From Microcystaceae cyanobacterium (lineage in GTDB: Bacteria > Cyanobacteriota > Cyanobacteriia > Cyanobacteriales > Microcystaceae), in the NCBI GenBank assembly GCA_041746575.1, contig JBGTGT010000045.1, forward strand, positions 1 through 19,706: a stretch of DNA of 19,706 bases, written 5' to 3'. This document shows, piece after piece, positions 7,459 through 17,198 of this stretch (positions are counted from its first letter, which is position 1; every line of letters begins with the position of its first letter). Both the position numbers and the translations under genes were made by a program. The notes beneath the pieces are model-generated. The model had not been told where the DNA came from, searched no databases, and worked only from the letters and a program-made list of their open reading frames with translations.

Positions 7459-8541
7459 TTAATCTCCCAAACAGATCCCTAATCCTCGTGCAGTTTTAAT
7501 CATCGTCCCATTAGGATCAACTGAGCGATAGGTTTTAATGGCTTCTTCAATTGGCACACTGATTACTTGACGATTGTACCAAGCCACCATATGGTCGAAC
7601 TTTTCTTCGGCAATCAAATCTACAGCCGCTACACCAAAAGCAGACCCCAGTAAACGATCTACGGTAGAGGGAATGCCACCTCGTTGTAGATGACCCAGAA
7701 CGGTCACCCTTGTTTCCGCTCCTGTCTTTTCGGTAATTTGTTCAGCTAAATATTGACCAATTCCCCCCAAGCGACACTCCCCAAAGGCTTTGAGATCCCT
7801 CATTTGTTCGCCTCCTTCCGTACAAACCGCCTCAGAAATAATCATCAGACAGAAATGCTTGTCGCTTTCTTGGCGATGACGAATCTTTTGGCAAACTTTT
7901 TCGAGGGCATAGGGAATTTCAGGAATTAAAATGATATCTGCGCCTCCTGCAATACCCGCCGCTAGAGCAATATGGCCGGCATCCCGCCCCATCACTTCCA
8001 AAATCATCACCCGATTATGGCTGACAGCAGTAAAATGAAGACGATCAAGGGCTTCGGTGGCAATATTTGTCGCTGTATCAAATCCGATAGAGACTTCGGT
8101 TGCTCCAACATCATTATCAATTGTTTTGGGAATACCGACTAGGTTAATACCGCCTTGTTGAGCTAAACGGCGTAAAATCGCCAGACTCCCGTCGCCGCCA
8201 ATCCCAATCAGAGCATCTAAGCCGAGATAACGATAACCATCAATAATGTCTTGAGAGCGATCGCATACTGTACCATCGGATAAGGGAAAAGCAAAAGGAT
8301 CTCCTTTGTTGGTTGTTCCTAAAATTGTTCCGCCTACCGTTAACAACCGTTCCAAATTTTCCCCATCAAAATAGGTAATCTGCGGGGGACGATTCATCAG
8401 TCCTTTAGTGGCTTCTCGAATCCCAATCACTTGCCAACCGTAAGTGTGGGTAGCATGATAAAATACTGCTCGAATGACGGCGTTTAAACCGGCACAGTCG
8501 CCGCCACTGGTTAAAATTCCGATTCGCTTCTGTTCGCCCAT
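7459..8541 (-). CDS. pfkA: 6-phosphofructokinase (PFK-A family, cyanobacterial type)
   Basis: ILTSGGDCAGLNA, GIGGDGS, PKTIDND, EVMGRDAGHIA, LGHLQRGG. Confidence 0.97.
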   Translation of the reverse strand: MGEQKRIGILTSGGDCAGLNAVIRAVFYHATHTYGWQVIGIREATKGLMNRPPQITYFDGENLERLLTVGGTILGTTNKGDPFAFPLSDGTVCDRSQDIIDGYRYLGLDALIGIGGDGSLAILRRLAQQGGINLVGIPKTIDNDVGATEVSIGFDTATNIATEALDRLHFTAVSHNRVMILEVMGRDAGHIALAAGIAGGADIILIPEIPYALEKVCQKIRHRQESDKHFCLMIISEAVCTEGGEQMRDLKAFGECRLGGIGQYLAEQITEKTGAETRVTVLGHLQRGGIPSTVDRLLGSAFGVAAVDLIAEEKFDHMVAWYNRQVISVPIEEAIKTYRSVDPNGTMIKTARGLGICLGD

Positions 8542-8755
8542 CTTTGTTGTTATGGATAGTAGAGGTTACTAATGTCTTTATTTTTAATCCTATGGGAGGA
8601 AAACACAAAATATTTAAGGAAGTCTCCAGAATGCTGTAATAAAATGGAGAAGATAACAACAACCCTTTTTAATACATCCTTTTATACTTTTGTCCTATCT
8701 AATTATATTGATATACTTTTAACTTGAACGACTAGAACTCCCTAACCTGTAAACA

Positions 8756-11161
8756 ATGATGAAAAATAAGTCAGATTATCCACAAGAAATTAGTCAGCTA
8801 CAACACGAATTACAACAACTCAAACAACAACTAGAACAGAAAAATCAAGAAAATAAAGCTTTAAAAGAGCGTCTATCTCTTTTGCAGTTAGTTGTCGATA
8901 ATATTCCTTCTTTGATCTTTTGGAAAGATCGCCATTCTATTTTTCAAGGATGTAATCGGCCTTGGGCAAAAGCGGCAGGATTGAATCATCCTGATCAAGT
9001 AATTGGTAAAACAGATTATGATTTATATCCCAGTGCAGTCAATGTTGATCAATACATTGAAAAGGATCGTCATGTGCTAAATCAGGGGGAAACCGAATAT
9101 CATACAGAATATAAACCGAATAAAGATGTCTGGTACGATACTCGCAAAATCCCCATTCGAGATCCTCAAGGAGAAATTGTGGGGTTATTAGCAACAATTG
9201 AAGATATTACCCAACGAAAAAAAGCAGAAGAAGCCCTCAGAATTGCTGAAGAAAATTATCGCAGTATTTTTGAGAATGCTCTTGAAGGAATTTTTCAATC
9301 GACGCCAGACGGCAAGTTTATCAGTGTCAATCCAGCGATGTCGAGAATTTATGGCTATGATTCTCCCGAAGAATTAATGAATGAAATCACGGAAATTCCA
9401 GCACAAATTTATGTTGATCTTGAAGCCAGAGAAGTTTACGAATGGTTAATGGAAACGAATCAAGAAGTTAAGGCATTACAATATCAAGTCTATCGGAAAG
9501 ACGGCAGTATTATTTGGGTAGAAGAAAATACAAGAGCTGTCAAAGATGAGCAGGGAAATATTCTCCATTACGAAGGCATTATTCAAGATATTAGTCAACG
9601 CAAGCAAGTTGAGCAAATTTTAACCAATTATAGCCGCACTTTAGAAGAAAAAATTGCAGAAAGAACGCAGGAATTACAACAAGAAATTCAAGAACGTCAG
9701 TTGAAAGAGGAAGCCTTAGAGGAAGCGAGAAGAACGGCAGAAGAAGCGAACAAAGCGAAGAGTCGTTTTATTGCTAATATGAGTCATGAATTGCGAACAC
9801 CTCTTAATGCGATTCTTGGATTTGCCCAATTGCTAAGACGAGATCAGACCTTAAATGAAGAGCAACAACAACAGATAAAAATTATTAATAATAGTGGTGA
9901 ACATTTATTATCTTTAATTAATAGTATTTTAGATCTCTCAAAAATTGAAGTAGGAAAAATCACGCTCAATCTCAACTATTTTGATTTACATCATTTGTTG
10001 CAAGATCTGCGATCGCTGTTTTCTTTGAAAGCAGACAACAAGGGAATTTATCTTAACTTTATTATTGCATCTGATTTACCGCAATTTGTTGAAAGTGATG
10101 AAGGAAAGTTACGGCAAGTCTTCATTAATTTACTAGGAAATGCCATAAAGTTCACCCGTAAAGGAGGCATTACTGTGCGAGGGTTTAAAATAAAGTCCGA
10201 TCAAGATAATTCATCAGACAAATGTTTGATGTGTTTTGAAATCGAAGATACGGGAATGGGAATTATTGAACATGAAATAGAACAGATATTTATTGCATTT
10301 GAGCAAACATCATCCGGTCAAAGTATTCAACAAGGAACAGGTTTAGGATTAGCTATTAGTCATAAGTTTATTGAATTAATGGGAGGAGAAATCGAGGTTA
10401 TCAGTGAAGTTAATAAAGGCACTTGTTTTCGGGTTACGATTCCCCTTAAATTAGTAACTGCTGACGCCATTAGTCCTCCCTCCTCGGCGCAAAAAGTGAT
10501 CGGACTGGCTCCTCATCAAGAGCCTTTTCGTATTCTCGTAGTGGACGATACAATCGAAAGTCGTTTACTCTTAAAAAAACTCTTATCTTCTGTTGGATTT
10601 ACCGTAAAAGAAGCAAACAATGGACACAAAGCCATCGAAGTGTGGCAACAATGGCAACCCCATTTAATCTGGATGGATATGCGAATGCCCGTCATGGATG
10701 GTTATACAGCAACAAGACAAATTAAAAGCACTCCTCAAGGAGAAAATACAGTCATTATTGCCTTAACAGCAAGTGCCTTTGAAGAAGAAAAACAGGCAAT
10801 TTTAGCGGCAGGCTGTAATGAATGGATCCGAAAACCCTTTGTTGAATCAACCATTTTTGAAATAATCAATCAATACTTAAGCGTTGAGTATCTTTATGAA
10901 AATTCTGCTTCTACAAACACAATAACGCCGGTGAAATCGGATTCCATTTCTCTAACAAAAGTTCTAACCGTTATGCCCCCTACTTGGCAAGTCGAATTAC
11001 AGAAAATGGCAATACAATTAAATCGAAAGAAAGTGCTAGAATTACTTGAACAAATCCCCTCAGAATATCATCAAGTAGCAGATTATCTTAAAAATCTAGC
11101 CAATCAGTATCAATTTTCACACATCGAAAAAGCCCTTATTCTAGGGAAGAAACTTTCATGA
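8756..11161 (+). CDS. Cytoplasmic hybrid sensor histidine kinase: coiled coil-PAS-PAS-HisKA-HATPase-REC
   Basis: Two PAS/PAC repeats (IFWKD...DITQRK; GIFQST...DISQRK), H-box [11 protein letters not shown]-box [22 protein letters not shown], and receiver motifs LVVDD...[10 protein letters not shown]...RKPF. No TM segment is evident. Confidence 0.95.
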   Translation: MMKNKSDYPQEISQLQHELQQLKQQLEQKNQENKALKERLSLLQLVVDNIPSLIFWKDRHSIFQGCNRPWAKAAGLNHPDQVIGKTDYDLYPSAVNVDQYIEKDRHVLNQGETEYHTEYKPNKDVWYDTRKIPIRDPQGEIVGLLATIEDITQRKKAEEALRIAEENYRSIFENALEGIFQSTPDGKFISVNPAMSRIYGYDSPEELMNEITEIPAQIYVDLEAREVYEWLMETNQEVKALQYQVYRKDGSIIWVEENTRAVKDEQGNILHYEGIIQDISQRKQVEQILTNYSRTLEEKIAERTQELQQEIQERQLKEEALEEARRTAEEANKAKSRFIANMSHELRTPLNAILGFAQLLRRDQTLNEEQQQQIKIINNSGEHLLSLINSILDLSKIEVGKITLNLNYFDLHHLLQDLRSLFSLKADNKGIYLNFIIASDLPQFVESDEGKLRQVFINLLGNAIKFTRKGGITVRGFKIKSDQDNSSDKCLMCFEIEDTGMGIIEHEIEQIFIAFEQTSSGQSIQQGTGLGLAISHKFIELMGGEIEVISEVNKGTCFRVTIPLKLVTADAISPPSSAQKVIGLAPHQEPFRILVVDDTIESRLLLKKLLSSVGFTVKEANNGHKAIEVWQQWQPHLIWMDMRMPVMDGYTATRQIKSTPQGENTVIIALTASAFEEEKQAILAAGCNEWIRKPFVESTIFEIINQYLSVEYLYENSASTNTITPVKSDSISLTKVLTVMPPTWQVELQKMAIQLNRKKVLELLEQIPSEYHQVADYLKNLANQYQFSHIEKALILGKKLS

Positions 11162-11772
11162 ATCGCTACATTCTGTTTTATAAACCCTACGGCGTATTGT
11201 GTCAATTTACGGACAAAAATACCGAAAATCCCCGCCCTACCCTCAAAGATTATATTCCCATTCCCCAAATTTATGCTGTCGGACGCCTAGATAGAGATAG
11301 CGAAGGCTTGTTGCTCCTAACCGATGATGGCAGTCTGCAACATTATCTTTCTCAACCTAAATTTGCCCATCCTCGCACCTATTGGGTTCAAGTAGAGGGT
11401 ATTCCCAATCAAAAAGCGGTAAATCAACTAAGAAGAGGGGTTAAAATCAAAAATTATTGCACTCGTCCTGCCAAAGCTCATCTTTTAAGCCCGGAACCTG
11501 AATTAACGCCCCGCCACCCCCCTGTTCGTTATCGTAAAGCCATTCCCACCGCTTGGCTAGAAATCATCTTAACGGAAGGACGTAATCGACAAGTAAGAAG
11601 AATGACCGCCGCAGTAGGCTATCCTACGCTACGGTTAATTAGAGTGGCAATGAGTATTAATAATAATCAAAATCTAACTTTAGAAGGACTAAATCCTGGG
11701 CAATGGCGAGAAATCAGCTTAACCGTAACGGGTAACAGCGCAAAACTTGCATCAAAAATCGGTAACCCATAG
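11158..11772 (+). CDS. rluE: rRNA pseudouridine synthase, RsuA/RluE family
   Basis: [11 protein letters not shown], catalytic [38 protein letters not shown]. There is no S4 domain, as in RluE. Confidence 0.88.
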   Translation: MNRYILFYKPYGVLCQFTDKNTENPRPTLKDYIPIPQIYAVGRLDRDSEGLLLLTDDGSLQHYLSQPKFAHPRTYWVQVEGIPNQKAVNQLRRGVKIKNYCTRPAKAHLLSPEPELTPRHPPVRYRKAIPTAWLEIILTEGRNRQVRRMTAAVGYPTLRLIRVAMSINNNQNLTLEGLNPGQWREISLTVTGNSAKLASKIGNP

Positions 11773-11912
11773 CCCAAATTTCTTATTTTCTAATAAGCTC
11801 AACCCCTATTCACGACTAATGCCGTTAAATCTCTCATGAGGAGAAAGAGGGTAATCGGAAGATTTCGTTACAATGGATTTAAGCAGAAAAATAACCCAAA
11901 GGATCATCATCT

Positions 11913-13199
11913 ATGGCTCACTTTAATCCTGCCATTATGAAAGCCATTGAAAAACTTGATTATCGAGTAACAGTTGGTGATGTTGCTTCGCAGTCGGGTT
12001 TACCTTTAAATGTCGCACAACAAGCATTATTTTCCCTCGCCGCAGAAGCGAATGGTCATCTACAAGTGGCAGAAACAGGCGATATTGTCTATCGTTTCCC
12101 CGCCCATTTTCGTAATATTCTACGGAATAAATACTGGCGGCTTCGTTTTAAAGAATGGTTAGAAAAAGCATGGCAAATTCTTTTTTATCTAATTCGGATT
12201 TCTTTTGGAGTTATTCTTATTTCCTCTATTATCATTATGATGATAGCCATTACTGCCATTATCGTTGGCGTCAATATGAGTCAAGATAACGACTCCAATT
12301 CAGAGATGAATATTTCCTTTTTGCCAAACTTTACCGATTTATTTATTATTTTTTATCCTAACTATTATGGCTATTCTGCTCCTCGACATTCTCAGAAATC
12401 TTTAGATAGCAAGAGCAAGCTCAATTTCCTCGAAGCTATTTATTCTTTTCTCTTTGGTGATGGTAACCCCAATAATGCTCTAGAAGAACGAAGATGGCAT
12501 CAAATTGGCGCAATTATTCGTCAAAATGGAGGGGCAATTATCGCTGAACAAGTTGCGCCTTACCTTGATAATATTTCTGCCATAGATAAAGAGAACGAAG
12601 ATTATATGTTATCTGTTCTAAGCAAATTTAACGGTTATCCCCACGTTTCAGAAATAGGAGATATTATTTATCATTTTCCTGAGTTACAGGTGACTGCTCA
12701 AAGGCGTTCTGCTGAAGCAATTTTTCCCTATCTCAGCGAAAAATTATGGCAATTTAGTCAGGCTAGCAGTGGACAAATTCTTCTCGCTATTGGCTTAGGC
12801 GGACTTAACTTCATCTTGGCTTTAATGTTAGGCTCATTTTTGCAAGAGTACACTTTTTCAGGCAGTTTTTTACCCTTTATTGAGAGCATTTATTGGGTAT
12901 TGTTCAGTTATGCTACTGCTTTTTTAGGCATTCCTTTTCTTCGTTATTTTTGGATTCAGTGGCGAAACCAATTTATTGAAGCTCGCAACGAAAAACGCCA
13001 AGCAAGAGCAGAATTTCTCAGTATTGCCTATTCTTCTATTGCCCCAAAAATTAATTTTGCACATCAATTTGCCGCCGAAAATGTAATTACCGATCAAGAT
13101 ATCACTTATTCAACCGATAAAGATGTCTTAGAACAAGAAATTGAGCAATCAGACAAAATTGATCAAGAATGGCAAAAACGATTGAACGCAAGGGAATAA
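11913..13199 (+). CDS. Conserved cyanobacterial/plastid membrane protein of unknown function (At5g03900-like)
   Basis: A 428-aa ORF with RVTVGDVA..., RISFG, FLFGDGNPN and about three hydrophobic segments. Family recognised from memory only. Confidence 0.7.
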   Translation: MAHFNPAIMKAIEKLDYRVTVGDVASQSGLPLNVAQQALFSLAAEANGHLQVAETGDIVYRFPAHFRNILRNKYWRLRFKEWLEKAWQILFYLIRISFGVILISSIIIMMIAITAIIVGVNMSQDNDSNSEMNISFLPNFTDLFIIFYPNYYGYSAPRHSQKSLDSKSKLNFLEAIYSFLFGDGNPNNALEERRWHQIGAIIRQNGGAIIAEQVAPYLDNISAIDKENEDYMLSVLSKFNGYPHVSEIGDIIYHFPELQVTAQRRSAEAIFPYLSEKLWQFSQASSGQILLAIGLGGLNFILALMLGSFLQEYTFSGSFLPFIESIYWVLFSYATAFLGIPFLRYFWIQWRNQFIEARNEKRQARAEFLSIAYSSIAPKINFAHQFAAENVITDQDITYSTDKDVLEQEIEQSDKIDQEWQKRLNARE

Positions 13200-13215
13200 G
13201 ATTATAAATATAGAA

Positions 13216-14565
13216 TTATTGAGCTTGAATTAGAGGTTCAGCATAGGCATCGAATCCCGACTGATTAAGGGATTGTACCGTGTTATCGTCATCTTTTACC
13301 CAATAGTCTTGGCCTAATCGTACAAACTTACGTTGTTTGCCTTGTCCAATAATAGCAACAACTGGAATTTTTCCTTTTTTCTTCTCTTCAGAATGAGAAC
13401 GAAGAATCCCTTTCAAACGGGTTTGAGTCTGAGAATTTTGGGCTTGTTGAGGACTTAAACGCACCATCACCATTTTAACGGTTTCAATCCGTTCTGCATC
13501 TTCGATAATCATCTGAGTTTTATCATCCCGTTTATCTATTTTGCCCCAAAAAATCAACTGTGAATCTTCGATTAATAGATCTTGAATTTTCTCATAAGTA
13601 TCCGAAAAAACCACTGCCTCTGCTTGCCCTGTCATATCTTCTAGGGTAATAAAGGCCATCGGTGTTCCTTTTTTGGTAATGATTTTTTTAACGGCAATTA
13701 AACTAGCAATTGTACTAATGCGCTGACGAGACTTTTGATCTTCTAAGTCTGTTAAATTAATAGGAGATAACACAGTGGCGGCTTTTTGAACGGCTTTTAG
13801 AGGATGTTCTGACACATAAAATCCTAAATGTTCTTTTTCCAATTTTAGCTTTTCTGGTAGGGGAAAATCGGGGATATCTTTGGCACTGGGGGCTTGTTCA
13901 AATGCGGATTCCGAGGAAGTTGAATTACTGGAATTTTCGCCCACCAAATCGAAAAGATTCATTTGTCCTGATTCTTTTTCTTTTGCTCGTTTTTGCGCCC
14001 AAGGAATCGTCAATTCTAAATCGTGAATCAGTTGATTGCGGTTGGTATTTAAAGGGTCAAATGCCCCACAATAAATTAAGGTTTCTAACGCTCGACGGTT
14101 AACCACTCTTAAGTCGACACGGGAACAAAAATCGGCTAAAGAGGTAAAATCCCCCTCTTCTTGGCGAGCCGTTAAAATATTTTCGATTGCTCCTTCTCCT
14201 AAGTTTTTGACAGCCGATAAACCAAAGAGAATATTGCGACCTATGGGGGTAAAATCTTTCTGAGATCGATTAATATCGGGAGGCTTGACTTCGATCCCCA
14301 TTTTTTGGCAGTTTTCTCGATATTTTTCGACTTTATCCTGACTATCACTACTGGAAGTCAGTAACGCTGTCATATACTCTACAGGATAATTGGCTTTTAA
14401 ATACGCCGTTTGATAGGTGACATAAGCGTAGGCAGTAGAATGAGATTTATTAAAGCAATTAGCAGCAATAAAACCTTCTTTTAAGAGAAAATTGTGGTCG
14501 GTTTCTACCCCAATATCATAAACTGAGGCACTGCCTAGAAATTGTCGAGAAACAATTTTAACCAT
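13216..14565 (-). CDS. dnaE-c: DNA polymerase III alpha subunit C-terminal part fused to the C-half of the split DnaE intein
   Basis: The 36-aa Int-C is followed by [25 protein letters not shown], an HhH motif ([10 protein letters not shown]), [14 protein letters not shown] and an OB-fold. AGGAG at 14576-14580 favours ATG 14565 over 14571. Confidence 0.97.
   Translation of the reverse strand: MVKIVSRQFLGSASVYDIGVETDHNFLLKEGFIAANCFNKSHSTAYAYVTYQTAYLKANYPVEYMTALLTSSSDSQDKVEKYRENCQKMGIEVKPPDINRSQKDFTPIGRNILFGLSAVKNLGEGAIENILTARQEEGDFTSLADFCSRVDLRVVNRRALETLIYCGAFDPLNTNRNQLIHDLELTIPWAQKRAKEKESGQMNLFDLVGENSSNSTSSESAFEQAPSAKDIPDFPLPEKLKLEKEHLGFYVSEHPLKAVQKAATVLSPINLTDLEDQKSRQRISTIASLIAVKKIITKKGTPMAFITLEDMTGQAEAVVFSDTYEKIQDLLIEDSQLIFWGKIDKRDDKTQMIIEDAERIETVKMVMVRLSPQQAQNSQTQTRLKGILRSHSEEKKKGKIPVVAIIGQGKQRKFVRLGQDYWVKDDDNTVQSLNQSGFDAYAEPLIQAQ
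14458..14565 (-). other. DnaE split intein C-fragment (Int-C, 36 aa)
   Basis: [39 protein letters not shown] contains block F (VYDIGV..DHNF) and the terminal Asn followed by Cys+1. Confidence 0.97.
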
Positions 14566-14626
14566 AATCATTTTTCTCCTGAATTAACCCCTTGTCGAGG
14601 CGTAAGCTTTGCCCCTATTAAACCTA

Positions 14627-14632
14627 ATTATA
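14627..14632 (-). promoter_or_regulatory. Putative -10 box (TATAAT) for dnaE-c
   Basis: A perfect TATAAT on the minus strand about 60 nt upstream of the start and just downstream of the ybaB terminator. No clear -35. Confidence 0.35.
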
Positions 14633-14649
14633 CAAGGCTTTTAAATCCT

Positions 14650-14681
14650 AAAAACTAAAAAGGAGACACCTAATCGTCTCC
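14650..14681 (-). terminator. Rho-independent terminator downstream of ybaB
   Basis: The minus strand reads GGAGAC-gattaggt-GTCTCC-TTTTTAGTTTTT, 35 nt after the ybaB stop. Confidence 0.75.
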
Positions 14682-14716
14682 ATTCTAAAAAAACCTAGAT
14701 TTTTTGCAACTAAACC

Positions 14717-15061
14717 TTACAATCCGGGTAAATTTAAGCCACTGGTGAGTTCTTCCATTTTTGCCCGCATGGTTTCTGTGGATTTGGCGTAAGCATCCTT
14801 CATCGCTTCTGTGACTAATTCTGCTAAGGTTTCTGCGCCTTTTTCGATTGCTTCGGGGGTAATAGTCACACGACGTGGCTCTTGGTTACCACTCATGACC
14901 ACCGTTACCAGTCCATTTGTACTTTTTCCTTCAATGTCTGTGCGTTCGAGTTCTTCTTGAAGCTGTTGCGCGCCCTGTTGAACCTGTTGCGCTTTCTGGA
15001 ATGCTTCTTGTAATTCTTTGATTTTACCGAGTCCGAAGCCGAATCCTTTTTTATCGTTCAT
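14717..15061 (-). CDS. ybaB: YbaB/EbfC nucleoid-associated protein
   Basis: [20 protein letters not shown]...[13 protein letters not shown]...[13 protein letters not shown]. Confidence 0.95.
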   Translation of the reverse strand: MNDKKGFGFGLGKIKELQEAFQKAQQVQQGAQQLQEELERTDIEGKSTNGLVTVVMSGNQEPRRVTITPEAIEKGAETLAELVTEAMKDAYAKSTETMRAKMEELTSGLNLPGL

Positions 15062-15147
15062 ATTGGGTTAATTTTCTTGCTTTTACAATAAGGAGTTGAG
15101 TAGGGTTGCGTCCTTTCACCATCATATTATACGGTGAATAAATTTGA

Positions 15148-15729
15148 CTATGATTCGCAATCGAAAAGACGAATAAAGCAAAATGTGACCATTTTTAAGC
15201 CGTAAGGAGATTTCCACCAAATGGCCGGAAAACAGCCTTCTTTACAGGATAAACTAAAATCCCATTGATCATAGTGATCGCCTTGGGAGACTCCCTCTTT
15301 AAACCAACCGACTTTTTCAGCAAATTTCCGCAAAACCTCTCGATCTTGTGTTCTCAAAGTATCTAAACTTCCTCCTACACTTTGATACAGCTTTAATTGT
15401 CTGCCAAAGCCAAAACGCTCATTACTATAGCGTCGCCACAGAGCATCTACTACCCCTAACACGCTACAGGGAAAGCTTAACATATCTTCGGGGGTGAGGG
15501 TTTCACGATCTTTGGCAACGGCTTCGAGGATGACATTAGTTGTTTCTCGATCGGCGTGTTTCAGGTCTCCTGCTGCCAAAAATTGTTGCAATTGACTATA
15601 AAGCTTAATATCGGTCACTAAAATGAGTTTATCTTCAATATCACTCACACGCTGGCTCAAAATCTTCAATTGATTCAAGATTTCTGTTAACTGCTCGTTC
15701 TCCTCAGGGGCATTGGATAATTCTGTCAT
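15148..15729 (-). CDS. GUN4 domain-containing protein (paralog) with a short N-terminal coiled coil
   Basis: The GUN4 pattern LQQFLAAGDLKHADRET...FPC...DALWRRYSNERFGFGRQ...FAEKVGW. Confidence 0.88.
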   Translation of the reverse strand: MTELSNAPEENEQLTEILNQLKILSQRVSDIEDKLILVTDIKLYSQLQQFLAAGDLKHADRETTNVILEAVAKDRETLTPEDMLSFPCSVLGVVDALWRRYSNERFGFGRQLKLYQSVGGSLDTLRTQDREVLRKFAEKVGWFKEGVSQGDHYDQWDFSLSCKEGCFPAIWWKSPYGLKMVTFCFIRLFDCES

Positions 15730-15845
15730 CGGGATAACACTCCTTGTCGCTTTTCAGATAGGATTGAAGAGGATTCTCAGGAAATTCTTATCTAAATATA
15801 TTACAATTCCCCTTAAACACCTTAGAAATATCAACCGAACGATTG

Positions 15846-17039
15846 ATGACTGATCCGACTTCTCAACTGACGTCAGCAAACTACGATGTCGAAAAAGTAG
15901 TTTTAGAACGCTATCAAACGGGGGCAAAACAGCCTCAAGCGAGTTTATGTTGTCCGACTGAATATGATAATAATTACCTCGCTATTTTACCCTCAGAAAT
16001 TATTGAAAAAGACTATGGATGCGGCGACCCTACCCCTTATATCTCGGCAGGAGAAATGGTCGTTGATTTAGGTTCAGGGGCAGGAAAAAATTGTTATATC
16101 CTAGCGCAAAAAGTAGGTGAAACAGGAAAAGTCATCGGCGTTGATTTTAATGATGAAATGTTAGCCCTTGCCCGTAAATATCAAAGCGAAATTGCCGGAA
16201 AATTAGGCTACCAAAATACACAATTTGTCAAGGGAAAAATTCAAGATTTAAGCTTAAATTTAGACTTGGTAGAAGCGTGGTTAAAAGACCATCCGGTTAC
16301 GAATGTTGAGCAAGTGAGTCAATTTGAGGCAGAATGCGATCGCCTCCGCTTTCAATCTCCCTTGATTCCTGATAATGGGGTAGATACGGTCATTTCTAAC
16401 TGTGTCCTCAATCTAGTACGCCCCCAAGATAAACGACTGCTTTTCCAAGAGATTTATCGGGTGTTAAAAAAAGGAGGCAAAGCCGTTATTTCCGATATTG
16501 TCTGTGATGAAAATCCGACGGATAATATTTTAAATGATCCGGATTTATGGAGTGGATGTATTGCCGGAGCGTTTCGAGAAGATCAGTTTCTGAAAATGTT
16601 TGAAGAAGCGGGATTTTATGGCATTGAAATTCTTAAGCGAGAAGACTCTCCTTGGCAAGTAATTGATGGAATTGAGTTTCGTTCTCTAACGGTTTGCGCT
16701 TATAAAGGGAAAGAAGGGGTTTGTTTAGAAAGAAAACAGGCGGTGATTTACAAAGGACCTTGGAAACAGGTTCAAGATGATGATGGACACATTTTCTGTC
16801 GGGGAGAGCGCATGGCAGTTTGTGATAAAACCTATCACATTTTAACCAATCAAAATAGTCCTTATCGACAAGCGATTATTCCCATTGCGCCCTATGAAAA
16901 TATTTCCCTAGAAGAAGCGACCGAATTTAGCTGTAAAAGCAAAGCGATTCGCCATCCTAAAGAAACCAAAGGAATAAATTATCAAGTTACGTTGATTTCT
17001 GAAGATGAGGCTTGTTGTCCGTCAGGGAAATGTTGTTAA
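15846..17039 (+). CDS. SAM-dependent methyltransferase, arsenite methyltransferase (ArsM/AS3MT)-like
   Basis: Motif I VDLGSGAG, with cysteine motifs LCCP, YGCGDP, ISNCVLNL, WSGCIAGA and a C-terminal CCPSGKCC. ATG 15846 is preferred over TTG 15843. Confidence 0.85.
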   Translation: MTDPTSQLTSANYDVEKVVLERYQTGAKQPQASLCCPTEYDNNYLAILPSEIIEKDYGCGDPTPYISAGEMVVDLGSGAGKNCYILAQKVGETGKVIGVDFNDEMLALARKYQSEIAGKLGYQNTQFVKGKIQDLSLNLDLVEAWLKDHPVTNVEQVSQFEAECDRLRFQSPLIPDNGVDTVISNCVLNLVRPQDKRLLFQEIYRVLKKGGKAVISDIVCDENPTDNILNDPDLWSGCIAGAFREDQFLKMFEEAGFYGIEILKREDSPWQVIDGIEFRSLTVCAYKGKEGVCLERKQAVIYKGPWKQVQDDDGHIFCRGERMAVCDKTYHILTNQNSPYRQAIIPIAPYENISLEEATEFSCKSKAIRHPKETKGINYQVTLISEDEACCPSGKCC

Positions 17040-17198
17040 AAGGGTAAAATAGTGTGATCTATTGAGAAAGTCTGATCTAAAAATTAGGGTGGGTATCCTT
17101 CCGCAATAAAGGGTAATTTATCAATAAAATCAGGGAACATTAATCCCCCTAATTTCATCCTTAATCAATGGATATTTAAAGTCTATTCAGGCTCAATT

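Noticed and set aside
8405..8662. 85-aa - ORF
   Set aside because: Overlaps the pfkA start out of frame and has no motif.
13902..14102. 66-aa + ORF
   Set aside because: Antisense to dnaE-c.
17081..17155. 9-bp inverted repeat AAATTAGGG/CCCTAATTT
   Set aside because: The arms are 57 nt apart with no supporting internal stem, which is plausible by chance.
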